Assembly (NCBI GenBank): GCA_016463225.1
Contig: JAEMRT010000005.1
Location: 33,363 to 97,362, forward strand
Source: Sphingopyxis sp.
GTDB lineage: Bacteria > Pseudomonadota > Alphaproteobacteria > Sphingomonadales > Sphingomonadaceae
DNA: 64,000 nucleotides
Direction: 5' to 3'
Position 1 is the stretch's first letter; each line of letters starts with the position of its first letter. Below the pieces are notes generated by a model, which worked only from the letters and a program-made list of their open reading frames with translations, was not told the DNA's origin and ran no database searches. Positions 29,332 to 38,996 of this stretch are shown here, one piece after another. The position numbers and the translations under genes were made by a program.

Positions 29332-30771
29332 ATGAGCGATCAGGAAGCGGGGCAGCAGCGCCTCACACGCCGGGCGGCGATGACGGCGGCGGCGTTGGGC
29401 GTGGCGGCGGCTACGCTTCCTCAGGCGCGGGCGTCGGTCGATCGCGGGAAGGGCGACGGAAACGCCTTCGATGCAATTATCGTTGGGGCAGGTTTTGCCG
29501 GCCTGACGGCGGCGCGCGAACTCAAGCAACATGGCTACCGTGTACTCGTCCTCGAAGCGCGCGACCGGATCGGCGGGCGCACCTACACCGGCGAGGTTGC
29601 TGGCAAGCCGCATGATCTTGGCGGGACCTGGGTGCACTGGCTTCAGCCCCATGTCTGGGCGGAGATCACGCGATATGGCGTCGAACTCGAAGTATCTCCC
29701 AATGGCGACGCCGACGACCTCGTGTATCTGGATTTGCAGGGGGCCCGGCACCAGGCCAAGATCTCAGAAATGGGTGAAGCCTTATATGGGCCAATGGTCG
29801 CCATGTTGGCCGAGGCGCGCGAAATCTTTCCCCGGCCCGCCGAACCGTTTGTCGACACGAAATGGATTGCGGCAGACACGCTTTCGGTAGCGGACAAAAT
29901 CGCCGCCACACAGCAAACGCCGGAGAGCCGGATCCTCGTCGAGACATTTCTTACGTCGCTCGGCGGCTGTGCACCGGCAAACATGGCCTGGATCGACGCC
30001 GCTCGTCTCTTTGCCCTAAGTGCTTACGATTTCCGGCTGTTTGCGGACGTGTGCGCCCGTTTCAAGATCAAGGGTGGCACGCACGCGCTTTATTCGGCGC
30101 TTGCCGCCGATTGCGACGCGACCATTCAGCTGAATAGCCCGGTAGCTTCCATCGAAGCGAGCGGTCAGGGCGTGCGTGTAACAACCGTCAAAGGGGAAAC
30201 CTACACGGCCGACGCCGCAATCTCGACCCTCCCCTTGAATGTCCTCAACGATGTCAGATTTTCTCCGCCGCTCCCCAAGGAGAAGTCCAAGGTGTCGGCC
30301 GAGCGCCATGCTGGACGGGCAAATAAAATCCACATTCTGCTCGAAGGCGAACGCCCCATTTTCGCCGCCTGGGCGCCCGGCAGTGGCCCGAGCCTTCTGA
30401 ACCAGCTGATGTGGGACAGCGCTGAAAACGGCTACACTCACCTAATTGCATTCGGGACCGCCGATCACCCGCTCCAAATCGAAGACAAGGCAGCAGTACA
30501 GGCCGCTGTCCGGCAGTTCCTCCCGGACGCGGTTGTCGCGGACGTCAAAGCGCATGACTGGAACGCGGACCCCTATTCGAAGGGGACGTGGTGTATCTCG
30601 CGGCCCGGGCAAATTTCTCATGCGCTGCAAGCGCTGCAGGCGCCGCATGGACGCATCTTCTTTGCAAGCGGGGATTGGGCCAGCGGATGGCGAAGCTGCA
30701 TCGATGGCGCGATCGAACAGGGAATAGCGACGTCGCGCGCGTTGCATCAGCTGCTCGCCCCGAAGCGCTGA
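29332..30771 (+). CDS. Tat-exported flavin amine oxidase/dehydrogenase (NicA2/Pnao-like)
   Basis: LTRRAAMTAAALG...ARA twin-arginine signal; GAGFAG, EARDRIGGRT, GGTWVHWLQPHVWAE, DWNADPYSKGTW and IDGAIE. Confidence 0.9.
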   Translation: MSDQEAGQQRLTRRAAMTAAALGVAAATLPQARASVDRGKGDGNAFDAIIVGAGFAGLTAARELKQHGYRVLVLEARDRIGGRTYTGEVAGKPHDLGGTWVHWLQPHVWAEITRYGVELEVSPNGDADDLVYLDLQGARHQAKISEMGEALYGPMVAMLAEAREIFPRPAEPFVDTKWIAADTLSVADKIAATQQTPESRILVETFLTSLGGCAPANMAWIDAARLFALSAYDFRLFADVCARFKIKGGTHALYSALAADCDATIQLNSPVASIEASGQGVRVTTVKGETYTADAAISTLPLNVLNDVRFSPPLPKEKSKVSAERHAGRANKIHILLEGERPIFAAWAPGSGPSLLNQLMWDSAENGYTHLIAFGTADHPLQIEDKAAVQAAVRQFLPDAVVADVKAHDWNADPYSKGTWCISRPGQISHALQALQAPHGRIFFASGDWASGWRSCIDGAIEQGIATSRALHQLLAPKR

Positions 30772-30881
30772 CGTAGTGATCGTCGGCGGCGGGGCGGACC
30801 GCATGGTTGACCGGCCGTTGAGACTCTTTCGCAGAATTGCGGGGGGAATTGCGATTGACAACATGCTGACGAATATGGATG

Positions 30882-30897
30882 TTTGGCGAACGACAAG
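30882..30897. promoter_or_regulatory. Candidate TetR operator
   Basis: TTTGGC-GAAC-GACAAG, similar to the site at 43024. Confidence 0.4.
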
Positions 30898-31038
30898 TTT
30901 GCAGGGGTCACTTTATCGTAACGGTCGGTGGAGATCGGCGAAGAAATAACGGTGTGCCATTTTTGACATGGCGCAAGGTTGTAACGGCGAGGTTCGGGAG
31001 ACGTGCTCCCTCCGCCGGAATTGGCAGGGGCATGTCGA

Positions 31039-31806
31039 ATGAAGATCCGATCCAGTCTTGTGGGCGCGGGCGCCTTGCTCCTACTGGCGGCGGCGCCGGC
31101 GGCAGCGCAATCCGAAACCGGTAGCGGCGGGACGACCGTTCAGGTCACGCCCTATGTCTGGGCAACGGGGTTTGGCGGGACCCTCCGTCCCGGGCTGGGC
31201 GCGCCGACCGTGCATGTCGACAAGAGCTTCGGTGAATTGATGGAGGATGTCGATGCGGCCTTCTTCGTCAGCGGGCTTATCAAGCATGACCGCCTGGTGA
31301 TCGTCGCCGACCTCACGCACTCGTCATCGTCGCGCGAGGGACTGGTGCCGACCGGCAATCCGGCACTTCCTTTTGTGCCGGCCCAAGGCAAGCTGAGCCA
31401 GACGTCGGCGACCGCGCTCGTCGGTTACCGGGCCGTTGAACAGGAAGGTGCCTCGCTCGACGTGCTGGTCGGCGGGCGGGCCTGGTGGATCCGCCCGAAG
31501 GCGGCGGTGCCAGCGCTCAATCTTTCGGCGAGCGCGAAGGCGAGCTTCGTCGATCCGGTCTTTGCGACGCGCCTCAACATCAAGGCGTCGCCGAGCCTGA
31601 CATTCCTGCTGTACGGCGACATCGGTGGCTTCGGTGCTGCATCCGAGGTCACGGGGCAGGCCGCCGCGACGGCAAACCTCCGCGTGACGAAGAATATCTG
31701 GCTCTCGGGCGGCTACCGTTATCTCTATGTCGACTACAAGAGCGGCAATGTCCGGACGAACGCCGCGCTCGCCGGCCCGCTTCTGGGCGCGACGGTCACA
31801 TTCTGA
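31039..31806 (+). CDS. Outer-membrane beta-barrel protein of unknown function
   Basis: Signal peptide, TPYVWA, YGDIGGFG, GYRYLYVDY and C-terminal GPLLGATVTF. Confidence 0.8.
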   Translation: MKIRSSLVGAGALLLLAAAPAAAQSETGSGGTTVQVTPYVWATGFGGTLRPGLGAPTVHVDKSFGELMEDVDAAFFVSGLIKHDRLVIVADLTHSSSSREGLVPTGNPALPFVPAQGKLSQTSATALVGYRAVEQEGASLDVLVGGRAWWIRPKAAVPALNLSASAKASFVDPVFATRLNIKASPSLTFLLYGDIGGFGAASEVTGQAAATANLRVTKNIWLSGGYRYLYVDYKSGNVRTNAALAGPLLGATVTF

Positions 31807-31866
31807 TCGACCGGAAGGCAGACGCGGAGCTTCGATAGGGACTTTCGAACTGGACAGGGGCAGGCG

Positions 31867-33213
31867 ATGAACAAGACGGCTTTGCATTGGGGACTAGGTG
31901 TTGCGGCAGCGGTCCTCGGTTCGTCCTGCTCCGTCGGCGTACAGGCTCAGGATCGGGCGGTATCCGAAACGCTGTTCCGCAATGTCCGCGTGCTCGACGT
32001 GGTGAAAGGGCAGTTGGGTGCACCGACCAACGTTTTGATCGAGGGCGGCCGGATCGCAAAGATCGGCGGCGACATCACCCCGCGCGGGCCTGTAAAAATC
32101 ATTGAAGGCGGGGGCCGCACGTTGATGCCGGGCATGATCGACGTGCATGTGCATCTGACATTCGGCGCGCTGACGATGCAGCAGATGCTGTCGCCCGACC
32201 TGACCCCCGAAAAGGCCGAGGAAGCCGCCGGGCGCCAGGCACATGATATGTTGCTACGAGGGTTTACGGCGGTGCGCGACGCGGGCGGCCCGATTTTTGG
32301 ACTGAAGCGGCGGATCGACGCCGGCGATGTCGTCGGGCCGCGCGTCTGGCCGTCGGGGGCGGTGATTTCGCAGACCAGCGGGCATGGCGACTTCCGACTA
32401 CCGAGTGAGCGGTCGCGGAAATTCGGCGGGACAGCTTCGCGATCGGAACTGTTCGGCGCCAATTTCATCGCCGACGGAGCCAGCGAAGTGCTGACCGCGA
32501 CCCGCGAGAATCTGCGCTTCGGTGCCAGCCAGATCAAGCTGATGGCAGGCGGCGGAACTTCGTCGGATTACGATCCGATCGACGTTACCCAATATACGTT
32601 CGAGGAAATGAAGGCGGCTGCCGACGCGGCGGCGGACTGGAACACCTATGTGATGGTCCATGCCTATACGCCGCGCGCGGTCCGCCGGGCGATCGACGCG
32701 GGCGTGAAGTGCATCGAGCATGGCCAGCTTCTCGACGAAGCGACGCTCCGCGTGATGGCCGAAAAGGGCATCTGGCTTTCGACCCAGACGCTGGCCGACG
32801 ACAATCCGAACATGGACACCAATCGGCGCGAAAAGCGTCGCGAAATCCTCGCCAACAATGCCGCGCTTTGGCAGAATGCGAAGAAGCTCGGCGTGAAGCT
32901 TGCCTGGGGCACTGACTTCCTGTTCGAGCCCGAACTCAACGCCGAACAGAACGCCTATCTGATCAGATTGAAGTCGTGGTTCACGCCGGCCGAGATCGTC
33001 AAGCTCGTGACCTACGACAATGCGCAGCTTCTTGCGCTGTCCGGACCCCGGACGCCCTATGCCGGGAAACTCGGGGTCGTCGAGGAAGGCGCGCTCGCCG
33101 ATCTCATCCTTGTCGACGGCGATCCGCTCGCTAGGATCGAGCTGCTCGGCGATTCGGTGAAGAATTTCGACGTGATCATGAAGGACGGCAAATTATACAA
33201 GGGCGGCCAGTGA
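31867..33213 (+). CDS. Secreted metal-dependent amidohydrolase (Xaa-Pro dipeptidase-like subgroup)
   Basis: PGMIDVHVH, QIKLM, MVHAY, IEHG and WGTD, plus a signal peptide. Confidence 0.9.
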   Translation: MNKTALHWGLGVAAAVLGSSCSVGVQAQDRAVSETLFRNVRVLDVVKGQLGAPTNVLIEGGRIAKIGGDITPRGPVKIIEGGGRTLMPGMIDVHVHLTFGALTMQQMLSPDLTPEKAEEAAGRQAHDMLLRGFTAVRDAGGPIFGLKRRIDAGDVVGPRVWPSGAVISQTSGHGDFRLPSERSRKFGGTASRSELFGANFIADGASEVLTATRENLRFGASQIKLMAGGGTSSDYDPIDVTQYTFEEMKAAADAAADWNTYVMVHAYTPRAVRRAIDAGVKCIEHGQLLDEATLRVMAEKGIWLSTQTLADDNPNMDTNRREKRREILANNAALWQNAKKLGVKLAWGTDFLFEPELNAEQNAYLIRLKSWFTPAEIVKLVTYDNAQLLALSGPRTPYAGKLGVVEEGALADLILVDGDPLARIELLGDSVKNFDVIMKDGKLYKGGQ

Positions 33214-33247
33214 GCGGTCCGGCGCTTCGTGCGCGGATGCCGATAGC

Positions 33248-34345
33248 ATGAGCGCATCGCCCGTCGGGACGGTCCCGGTCTGGACCGCGGCGGCACCGAT
33301 CCTCGCGCTTGTGCTGATAGCGGGCCTCAGCGCGCACGTCATAGGGGTAGAGAATGCGGGCATACTTGCGCTCGCAGCAGCCCTGCTCGGCGCGTCAGTC
33401 TTCGCTGCGGTACATCACGCCGAGATATTGGCGTTGCGGCTCGGTGAGCCCTTCGGTTCGATCCTGCTCGCGGTCGCTGTCACGGTGATCGAGGTCGGGC
33501 TGATCGTATCCTTCCTCCTATCGGGAGCCGAGGGGGTCGAGACGGTCGCGCGCGACACGATCTTTTCGGCGGTGATGATCGCGGTCAACGGCGTGGTCGG
33601 CATCAGCCTTCTCGTCGGCGCGCGGCGGCATGGCGAGCTCGGATTCAAGCTCGATGGGGCGACCGCGGCGCTCGCGGTTCTCGGCACGCTCGCAGTGCTG
33701 AGTCTCGTCATGCCCAAATATACCTTGTCGGCGCCCGGGGCGGCCTATTCGTCCGTTCAGCTCCTGTTCGTGGCGTTCGCGTCGCTCCTGCTCTATGGCA
33801 TTTTCATCCGTGTCCAGACGGTGAAGCACCGCGACTATTTTCTGTTCGGGACCGATGATGGCGAGGCGGAAAGCGAGATCCTTCCCTCGCGCCGCCTTGC
33901 GCTCGTCAGTCTTGCCTTGCTCGTCCTTTGCCTGATCGCCGTCGTCCTGCTGGCGAAGCAGCTTTCCTATCCGCTCGACAAGGCGATCGAAGGGGCGGGG
34001 CTTCCCCAGGCGTTCGTCGGGGTCATCGTCGCGATGATCGTCCTGCTTCCCGAGAGCATCGCCGCGATCAAGGCGGCGGTTCGCAACAAATTGCAGGTGA
34101 GCCTCAATCTCGCGCTCGGTTCGGCAATCGCGAGCATCGGGCTCACCATTCCCGCCGTGGCGATCGTTTCCCTCGTCGTCGCGCAGCCGCTCGATCTAGG
34201 GCTTCCGCCGGCGCAGACTGCCTTGCTGGGCCTGACGCTGCTGATCGGCGCACTGACCCTGGGGACGGGGCGCACCACGGTTTTGCAGGGAGCCATCCAT
34301 CTCGTCATTTGCGGATTTTTCCTGCTGACATCCGCCGTGCCCTGA
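33248..34345 (+). CDS. Ca2+/H+ antiporter (CaCA/ChaA family)
   Basis: HHAEILA..LGEPFGS, AVTVIE, LLPE and NLALGSAIASIGLTIP. Confidence 0.88.
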   Translation: MSASPVGTVPVWTAAAPILALVLIAGLSAHVIGVENAGILALAAALLGASVFAAVHHAEILALRLGEPFGSILLAVAVTVIEVGLIVSFLLSGAEGVETVARDTIFSAVMIAVNGVVGISLLVGARRHGELGFKLDGATAALAVLGTLAVLSLVMPKYTLSAPGAAYSSVQLLFVAFASLLLYGIFIRVQTVKHRDYFLFGTDDGEAESEILPSRRLALVSLALLVLCLIAVVLLAKQLSYPLDKAIEGAGLPQAFVGVIVAMIVLLPESIAAIKAAVRNKLQVSLNLALGSAIASIGLTIPAVAIVSLVVAQPLDLGLPPAQTALLGLTLLIGALTLGTGRTTVLQGAIHLVICGFFLLTSAVP

Positions 34346-34393
34346 GTTCGTAACCGTTCGGCCCGCCGGGACCGACAAGAGGAGTGCAAGCCT

Positions 34394-34927
34394 GTGTCGA
34401 CCCTGTCCATGATGCTCCGTTTCGCAGGCGCCTTTTCGGTGATCTGCGGTGTTCTCGCGATCCTCAACCCGCTGGCCGCAACGATGGCGGCGGTCACGCT
34501 CGCCGCCATCGCCCTGGTCCTGTCGGGCGGAATCCAGCTTGTCGGTGCCTTTTTCGAAACGGGATGGCGGACCCGCGCGCCGTCGCTGCTGACGGCGGGC
34601 GCCGCACTCGCGCTTGGCCTGTCGATCCTGTTCCATCCGGTCGCCGGCGCCAAGGCACTCACCATCCTGATGGGCATATTGCTGCTGGTTTCGGGGCTCG
34701 GCAAACTGGTGTGGAGCTTCTCGCACCGCGAGGACTCGAGCTTCTGGCCGCTCCTCGTTTCGGGTGCTGTCTCGCTGCTGCTCGCGCTGCTCGTCTATCG
34801 CCATCTCCAGGGCGGGCGCTCCGCCATATTAGGCACGTTTCTGGGCGTCGAACTGATGCTCAACGGCCTCGCGCTGCTCGCTGTCGCGGCGCTCGGGCGC
34901 CGGGTTCTCGCGGAGGTGAGAGGCTGA
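34394..34927 (+). CDS. HdeD/DUF308-family membrane protein
   Basis: Six hydrophobic segments with GxxAIxxP repeats and ILGTFLGVELMLNG. Confidence 0.8.
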   Translation: MSTLSMMLRFAGAFSVICGVLAILNPLAATMAAVTLAAIALVLSGGIQLVGAFFETGWRTRAPSLLTAGAALALGLSILFHPVAGAKALTILMGILLLVSGLGKLVWSFSHREDSSFWPLLVSGAVSLLLALLVYRHLQGGRSAILGTFLGVELMLNGLALLAVAALGRRVLAEVRG

Positions 34928-36027
34928 TGCGACGGGTCGTCGCCTCCGCGGCGATCATGCTGTTCGCGGCCGGCTGCGCATCCTGGCCGCAGGACCGATA
35001 TGCGTCCTGTCCAACCGCGCCCGAAATGCCCGCCATCACGCGTCTGGCGGACGGGCGACAGAGCACGACGCTTAGTATTCTGATCTACAATGTCGAAGGC
35101 CTGCCGTGGCCTGCCCGCAAGAATCGCGGGCCCTCGCTCGACCGGATCGGAAAGACGCTAGCCGATTTCCGGGCGCAAGGCAGGGCGCCCGATATCGTCC
35201 TGATGCAGGAGACCTTTACGAGCCGGGCGGCGCGCATAGGCGAGCATACGGGATACGCCAATGCGATCGGCGGGCCGAAGCGATCGGACATGGCGAAGGA
35301 TCCGGCGGTCGCCGGCGAATTCGTCGCCGAGCGGCGCCGGAAGAAAGGCGAACGCGGGCCGAAGCTGATGCGAAGCGGCCTTTATGTGCTCAGCGATTTT
35401 CCGGTCACCGAAATGGTCCGCGAAGGTTTTGCGCGGAACGCCTGCGCGGGTTTCGATTGCCTCGCGGCCAAGGGGATGATGCTGATCCGGGTGACGGTGC
35501 CAGGCGTGCCGTCGCCGATCGACATCTTCACGACGCATATGAACTCTGGCCGGGCAGCGCGCGTCTCGCTCGAACGCTCGGGCGAGGCACATCAATATCA
35601 GGCGCTCGAGGCGGCGCATTTTCTGGACGAATATCATGTGCCCGATAACCCGCTGATCATCGGCGGCGATTTCAACATGCGCCGGAACCCCGGGCGGTTC
35701 GATTTCTTCGCGACCGCCATTCCGTACACAATCGTGCATCGCTGGTGCATCGAGAAGCCCGCAGTCTGCGAGGTCAAAATGTCATGGGATGGTGACGAGC
35801 CATGGATGGACACGCAGGACCTGCAGGCTTTCGACAATGGCAACACCGTGTCCGTCGAACCCATCCGCGTTGAGGCGATGTTCGACGGCTCTAACAACGG
35901 GGCGCGGCTCTCCGATCACGACGGCTTTCTCGTCACCTATCGCCTGTCCTGGCGAGGGAATGGGCCGCGAAACGCCGACACGCGATGTCCGGACAGGCGG
36001 CGCGGCGTTCGTCGAGTCTTCATGTAG
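34927..36027 (+). CDS. Endonuclease/exonuclease/phosphatase-family lipoprotein (sphingomyelinase-like)
   Basis: Lipobox FAAGC; YNVEGL, MQE, SGL, TTHM, GGDFN and LSDH. Confidence 0.85.
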   Translation: MRRVVASAAIMLFAAGCASWPQDRYASCPTAPEMPAITRLADGRQSTTLSILIYNVEGLPWPARKNRGPSLDRIGKTLADFRAQGRAPDIVLMQETFTSRAARIGEHTGYANAIGGPKRSDMAKDPAVAGEFVAERRRKKGERGPKLMRSGLYVLSDFPVTEMVREGFARNACAGFDCLAAKGMMLIRVTVPGVPSPIDIFTTHMNSGRAARVSLERSGEAHQYQALEAAHFLDEYHVPDNPLIIGGDFNMRRNPGRFDFFATAIPYTIVHRWCIEKPAVCEVKMSWDGDEPWMDTQDLQAFDNGNTVSVEPIRVEAMFDGSNNGARLSDHDGFLVTYRLSWRGNGPRNADTRCPDRRRGVRRVFM

Positions 36028-36042
36028 GATAGGAGTGTAGGC

Positions 36043-37108
36043 ATGATCTTCGGCATTCGGTTCCGGAGAGGATTGACGGCGGTTTGCGCGGCGGCGCTGG
36101 CGAGTGCGCCGATCGCGGCGGAAGCCTGCTCGCGCTTCGTTTATCTGGGCGACGAGGGTCATGTGGTCACGGCGCGTTCGATGGTCTGGAAGTATGACAT
36201 CGGCACGAACCTCTATCCTGCCGCGCGGTATCGCGCGCAGCGGCGAGGCGGGGCCGAATTCGTTCAAATGGACCGCGAAATACGGACCGGTCGTTGCCAC
36301 CGGCTATGATGTCTCGACAACGGACGGGGCCAATGAGGCGGGCCTCGTCGCGAATGTTCTCTGGCTTGCCGAAGCCGAGTATCCGAAGTTCGAAAAGGGG
36401 AGCAAGCCTGGGCTGACCATCGTCGCCTGGGCCCAATATGTCCTCGACAGCTTTCCGACGGTCGACGCGGCCGTTGCGGCGCTGCGCAAAGAGCCCTTTG
36501 TCATCGTGACCGATAATGTGCCGGGTCAGGATCGGCTGACCACTCTTCATCTGTCGCTTTCAGACGCGACGGGCGACAGCGCGATCATCGAATATATCGG
36601 CGGCAAGCAGGTCATCCATCACGGCCGCGAGTATCAGGTGATGACCGATTCGCCGACCTATGACCAGCAACTCGCGCTTAATGCCTATTGGCAATCGATC
36701 GGGGGAACGACGGTCCTCCCCGGCACGAACCGCGCTGCCGATCGCTTCGCGCGCGCGTCATTTTATGTGAACACCATTCCGAAAACGGGCGATCCGAACC
36801 GGATGCTCGCGAGCGTGTTCGGCGTTATCCGCAACGTGTCGGTCCCGCTCGGCATTGCGTCGCCCGACCAGCCCGAAATCTCTTCGACGCGGTGGCGCAC
36901 CGTCTTCGACCACAAGCGAAAGCTCTATTTCTTCGAGTCCGCGACGACACCCAACACCTTCTGGGTCGATCTCGGCAAGATCGACTTTGCGAAGGAGACG
37001 GGCAAGGTCCGCAAACTCGATCTCGGCGTCGACCAGGCGAACCTGTTTTCAGGCGACGTCAGCGGGAAATTCGTCGAGGCACCGGCGTTCCGTTTTCAGG
37101 GGATTTGA
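36043..37108 (+). pseudogene. Linear amide C-N hydrolase (penicillin V acylase/choloylglycine hydrolase family), frameshifted
   Basis: Signal peptide plus N-terminal nucleophile CSR in one frame, the rest (ILPRG...DGANEAGL...ADRFARA...TRWRT) in another. The shift is near 36214-36217. Confidence 0.85.
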
Positions 37109-37173
37109 TGCGATGCGGGCGGGGGATGCGGGAGCGCAGTGAACCCGGACCCCGACCGTGACGCAAAGCCGGT

Positions 37174-38910
37174 TCAACCGGCCGCGAACCGCAGTTTCAG
37201 ATCCTTCTTGAGGATTTTTCCGTTGGCATTGCGCGGCAGCATTTCGGTCAGGAAATGGATGCGGACCGGCACCTTGAATTGCGCAAGCCGCTCGCCGATC
37301 CAGCCGCGCAGATCGTCTTCGCCGACGCTGCTTTCGGGCGCGAGACAGACGACCGCTACCGGTTCCTCGCCGAGCGTCCTGTGCGCGATCCCGATCACGG
37401 CGGCATCGATGACGGCAGGATGTTCGTAGAGGATATTCTCGATCTCGCTCGAATAGATATTCTCGCCGCCCCTGATGATGATGTCCTTGGCGCGGTCGAC
37501 GATATAGCAGAAACCTTCGTCGTCGAGGCGCGCCAGATCCCCCGTCCTGACCCATCCGTTGCGGAATGTTTCCGCCGTTGCTTCCGGGTTGCGCCAATAA
37601 CCCTTTACGATTTGCGGGCCCGACGCCCACAGTTCGCCGACCTCGCCGGTAGCCATCTCGGCCGTCCCGTCTTCGTTCATGATCTTGATCCGCGAAACGG
37701 GGAGCGCGAGGCCGCAGCTGTCGGGCCGAAGCAGATAATCCTCTGCGGCCAGGTTGATCACGGTGGCGCAGGTTTCGGTCATGCCCCAGCCGATCGAAGG
37801 CGAGGCCTTGAGATCGCTCGCGATGCGCCGGACGAGTTCCGCCGCTGCGGGCGCGCCACCATAGGCTATCAGGTCAAGCGAACTCAGATCGAAGCGATGG
37901 CGTTCCGGATGTTCGATCAATTGCCAGGCGATGGTCGGGACGCCGCCGGTGTTCGTAATCCTTTCGCGTTCGATGAGTCCCATCGCCTGCATCGGATCCC
38001 ATTTGCGCATCATCACGATCGCATTGCCGGCGTGCATCGTCGGCATCAGGATCGAGCAGCATGCGGTCACGTGAAAAAAGGGAATGACGACGAGGTTCTT
38101 GCGCAGGACCGGCTGCGGCGGTCCGTCCCCGCGCCGCAGGGCGCCGCGGTGCGCGAGATAGGGCGCAGCCTGCGTGCAGGCGAGGATATTGCGATGGGAA
38201 CCAAGCGCGCCCTTCGGCGAGCCCGTCGTGCCGCTGGTGTAAAAGATCGTCGCGTCATCGTCGGGCCCGAGATCGGTATCGGGCAGATCGACATCGGGAA
38301 GGCCGCCATAGTCTCCCGGCATACCGATGAACGCCTCGAGCCGTTCCGCATTTTCCGGAAGGCCTTGGCTGCGGGAGGTGATGACATGGCGAAGGTCGCC
38401 TAATGTGTCGTAGAAGGGAACAATTCGCTGCCATCGCTCGTCGTCGCAGATCAGCACCTTGGCGCCGCTGTCGGCCAAGCCATAGTTAAGCTCGCTTCCC
38501 GTCCACCAAGCATTGAGCGGAACCACGATTGCGCCGATACAGGTGGCGGCAACGAAGGCGACCTGCCATTCGGGCAGATTGCGCATCGCGAGGGCAACGC
38601 GGTCGCCCTTCGCGACCCCCCGGGCGCGCAGCCCTTGGGCTAGGGCTGCGGTAGCACGAAACCAGCCTTCATAGCTGACTCGTTCGTCCTCGAAGATCAG
38701 GAAGTCGCGCGCGCCGAACCGTGTCCGGACATCGCGGGCGAGCGAGGCGAGGCTCGCAGGCTGGTGCTTCCAGCTACGCGTCGGGACGCCATCGATGTCG
38801 ATCGTCTCAAACTCGAAGGGGGCGCCGGGCGCACAAAGGCGCTGCTCGGCCTCGGCGAAGCTGATGGCGGGCCAGCGTTGGCCGCTATTCGATGTCGATC
38901 CCAAAATCAC
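37174..38910 (-). CDS. Class I adenylate-forming enzyme (acyl-CoA ligase)
   Basis: YTSGTTGSPKG, GWGMTET, RTGD, RGGENI and NGKILK. Confidence 0.93.
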   Translation of the reverse strand: MILGSTSNSGQRWPAISFAEAEQRLCAPGAPFEFETIDIDGVPTRSWKHQPASLASLARDVRTRFGARDFLIFEDERVSYEGWFRATAALAQGLRARGVAKGDRVALAMRNLPEWQVAFVAATCIGAIVVPLNAWWTGSELNYGLADSGAKVLICDDERWQRIVPFYDTLGDLRHVITSRSQGLPENAERLEAFIGMPGDYGGLPDVDLPDTDLGPDDDATIFYTSGTTGSPKGALGSHRNILACTQAAPYLAHRGALRRGDGPPQPVLRKNLVVIPFFHVTACCSILMPTMHAGNAIVMMRKWDPMQAMGLIERERITNTGGVPTIAWQLIEHPERHRFDLSSLDLIAYGGAPAAAELVRRIASDLKASPSIGWGMTETCATVINLAAEDYLLRPDSCGLALPVSRIKIMNEDGTAEMATGEVGELWASGPQIVKGYWRNPEATAETFRNGWVRTGDLARLDDEGFCYIVDRAKDIIIRGGENIYSSEIENILYEHPAVIDAAVIGIAHRTLGEEPVAVVCLAPESSVGEDDLRGWIGERLAQFKVPVRIHFLTEMLPRNANGKILKKDLKLRFAAG

Positions 38911-38996
38911 CTTAGAGTCCCTGCGCCCACGGCGGCATTGAGGTACTGCGAAACAGAGCCGGAGAATCGGCTTGGAACATGTCAGTCATAGATATC

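Noticed and set aside
29332-30771. Calling the region a nicotine degradation cluster
   Set aside because: No pyridine-ring enzymes (molybdenum hydroxylase, HSP monooxygenase, dihydroxypyridine dioxygenase) are present in the window.
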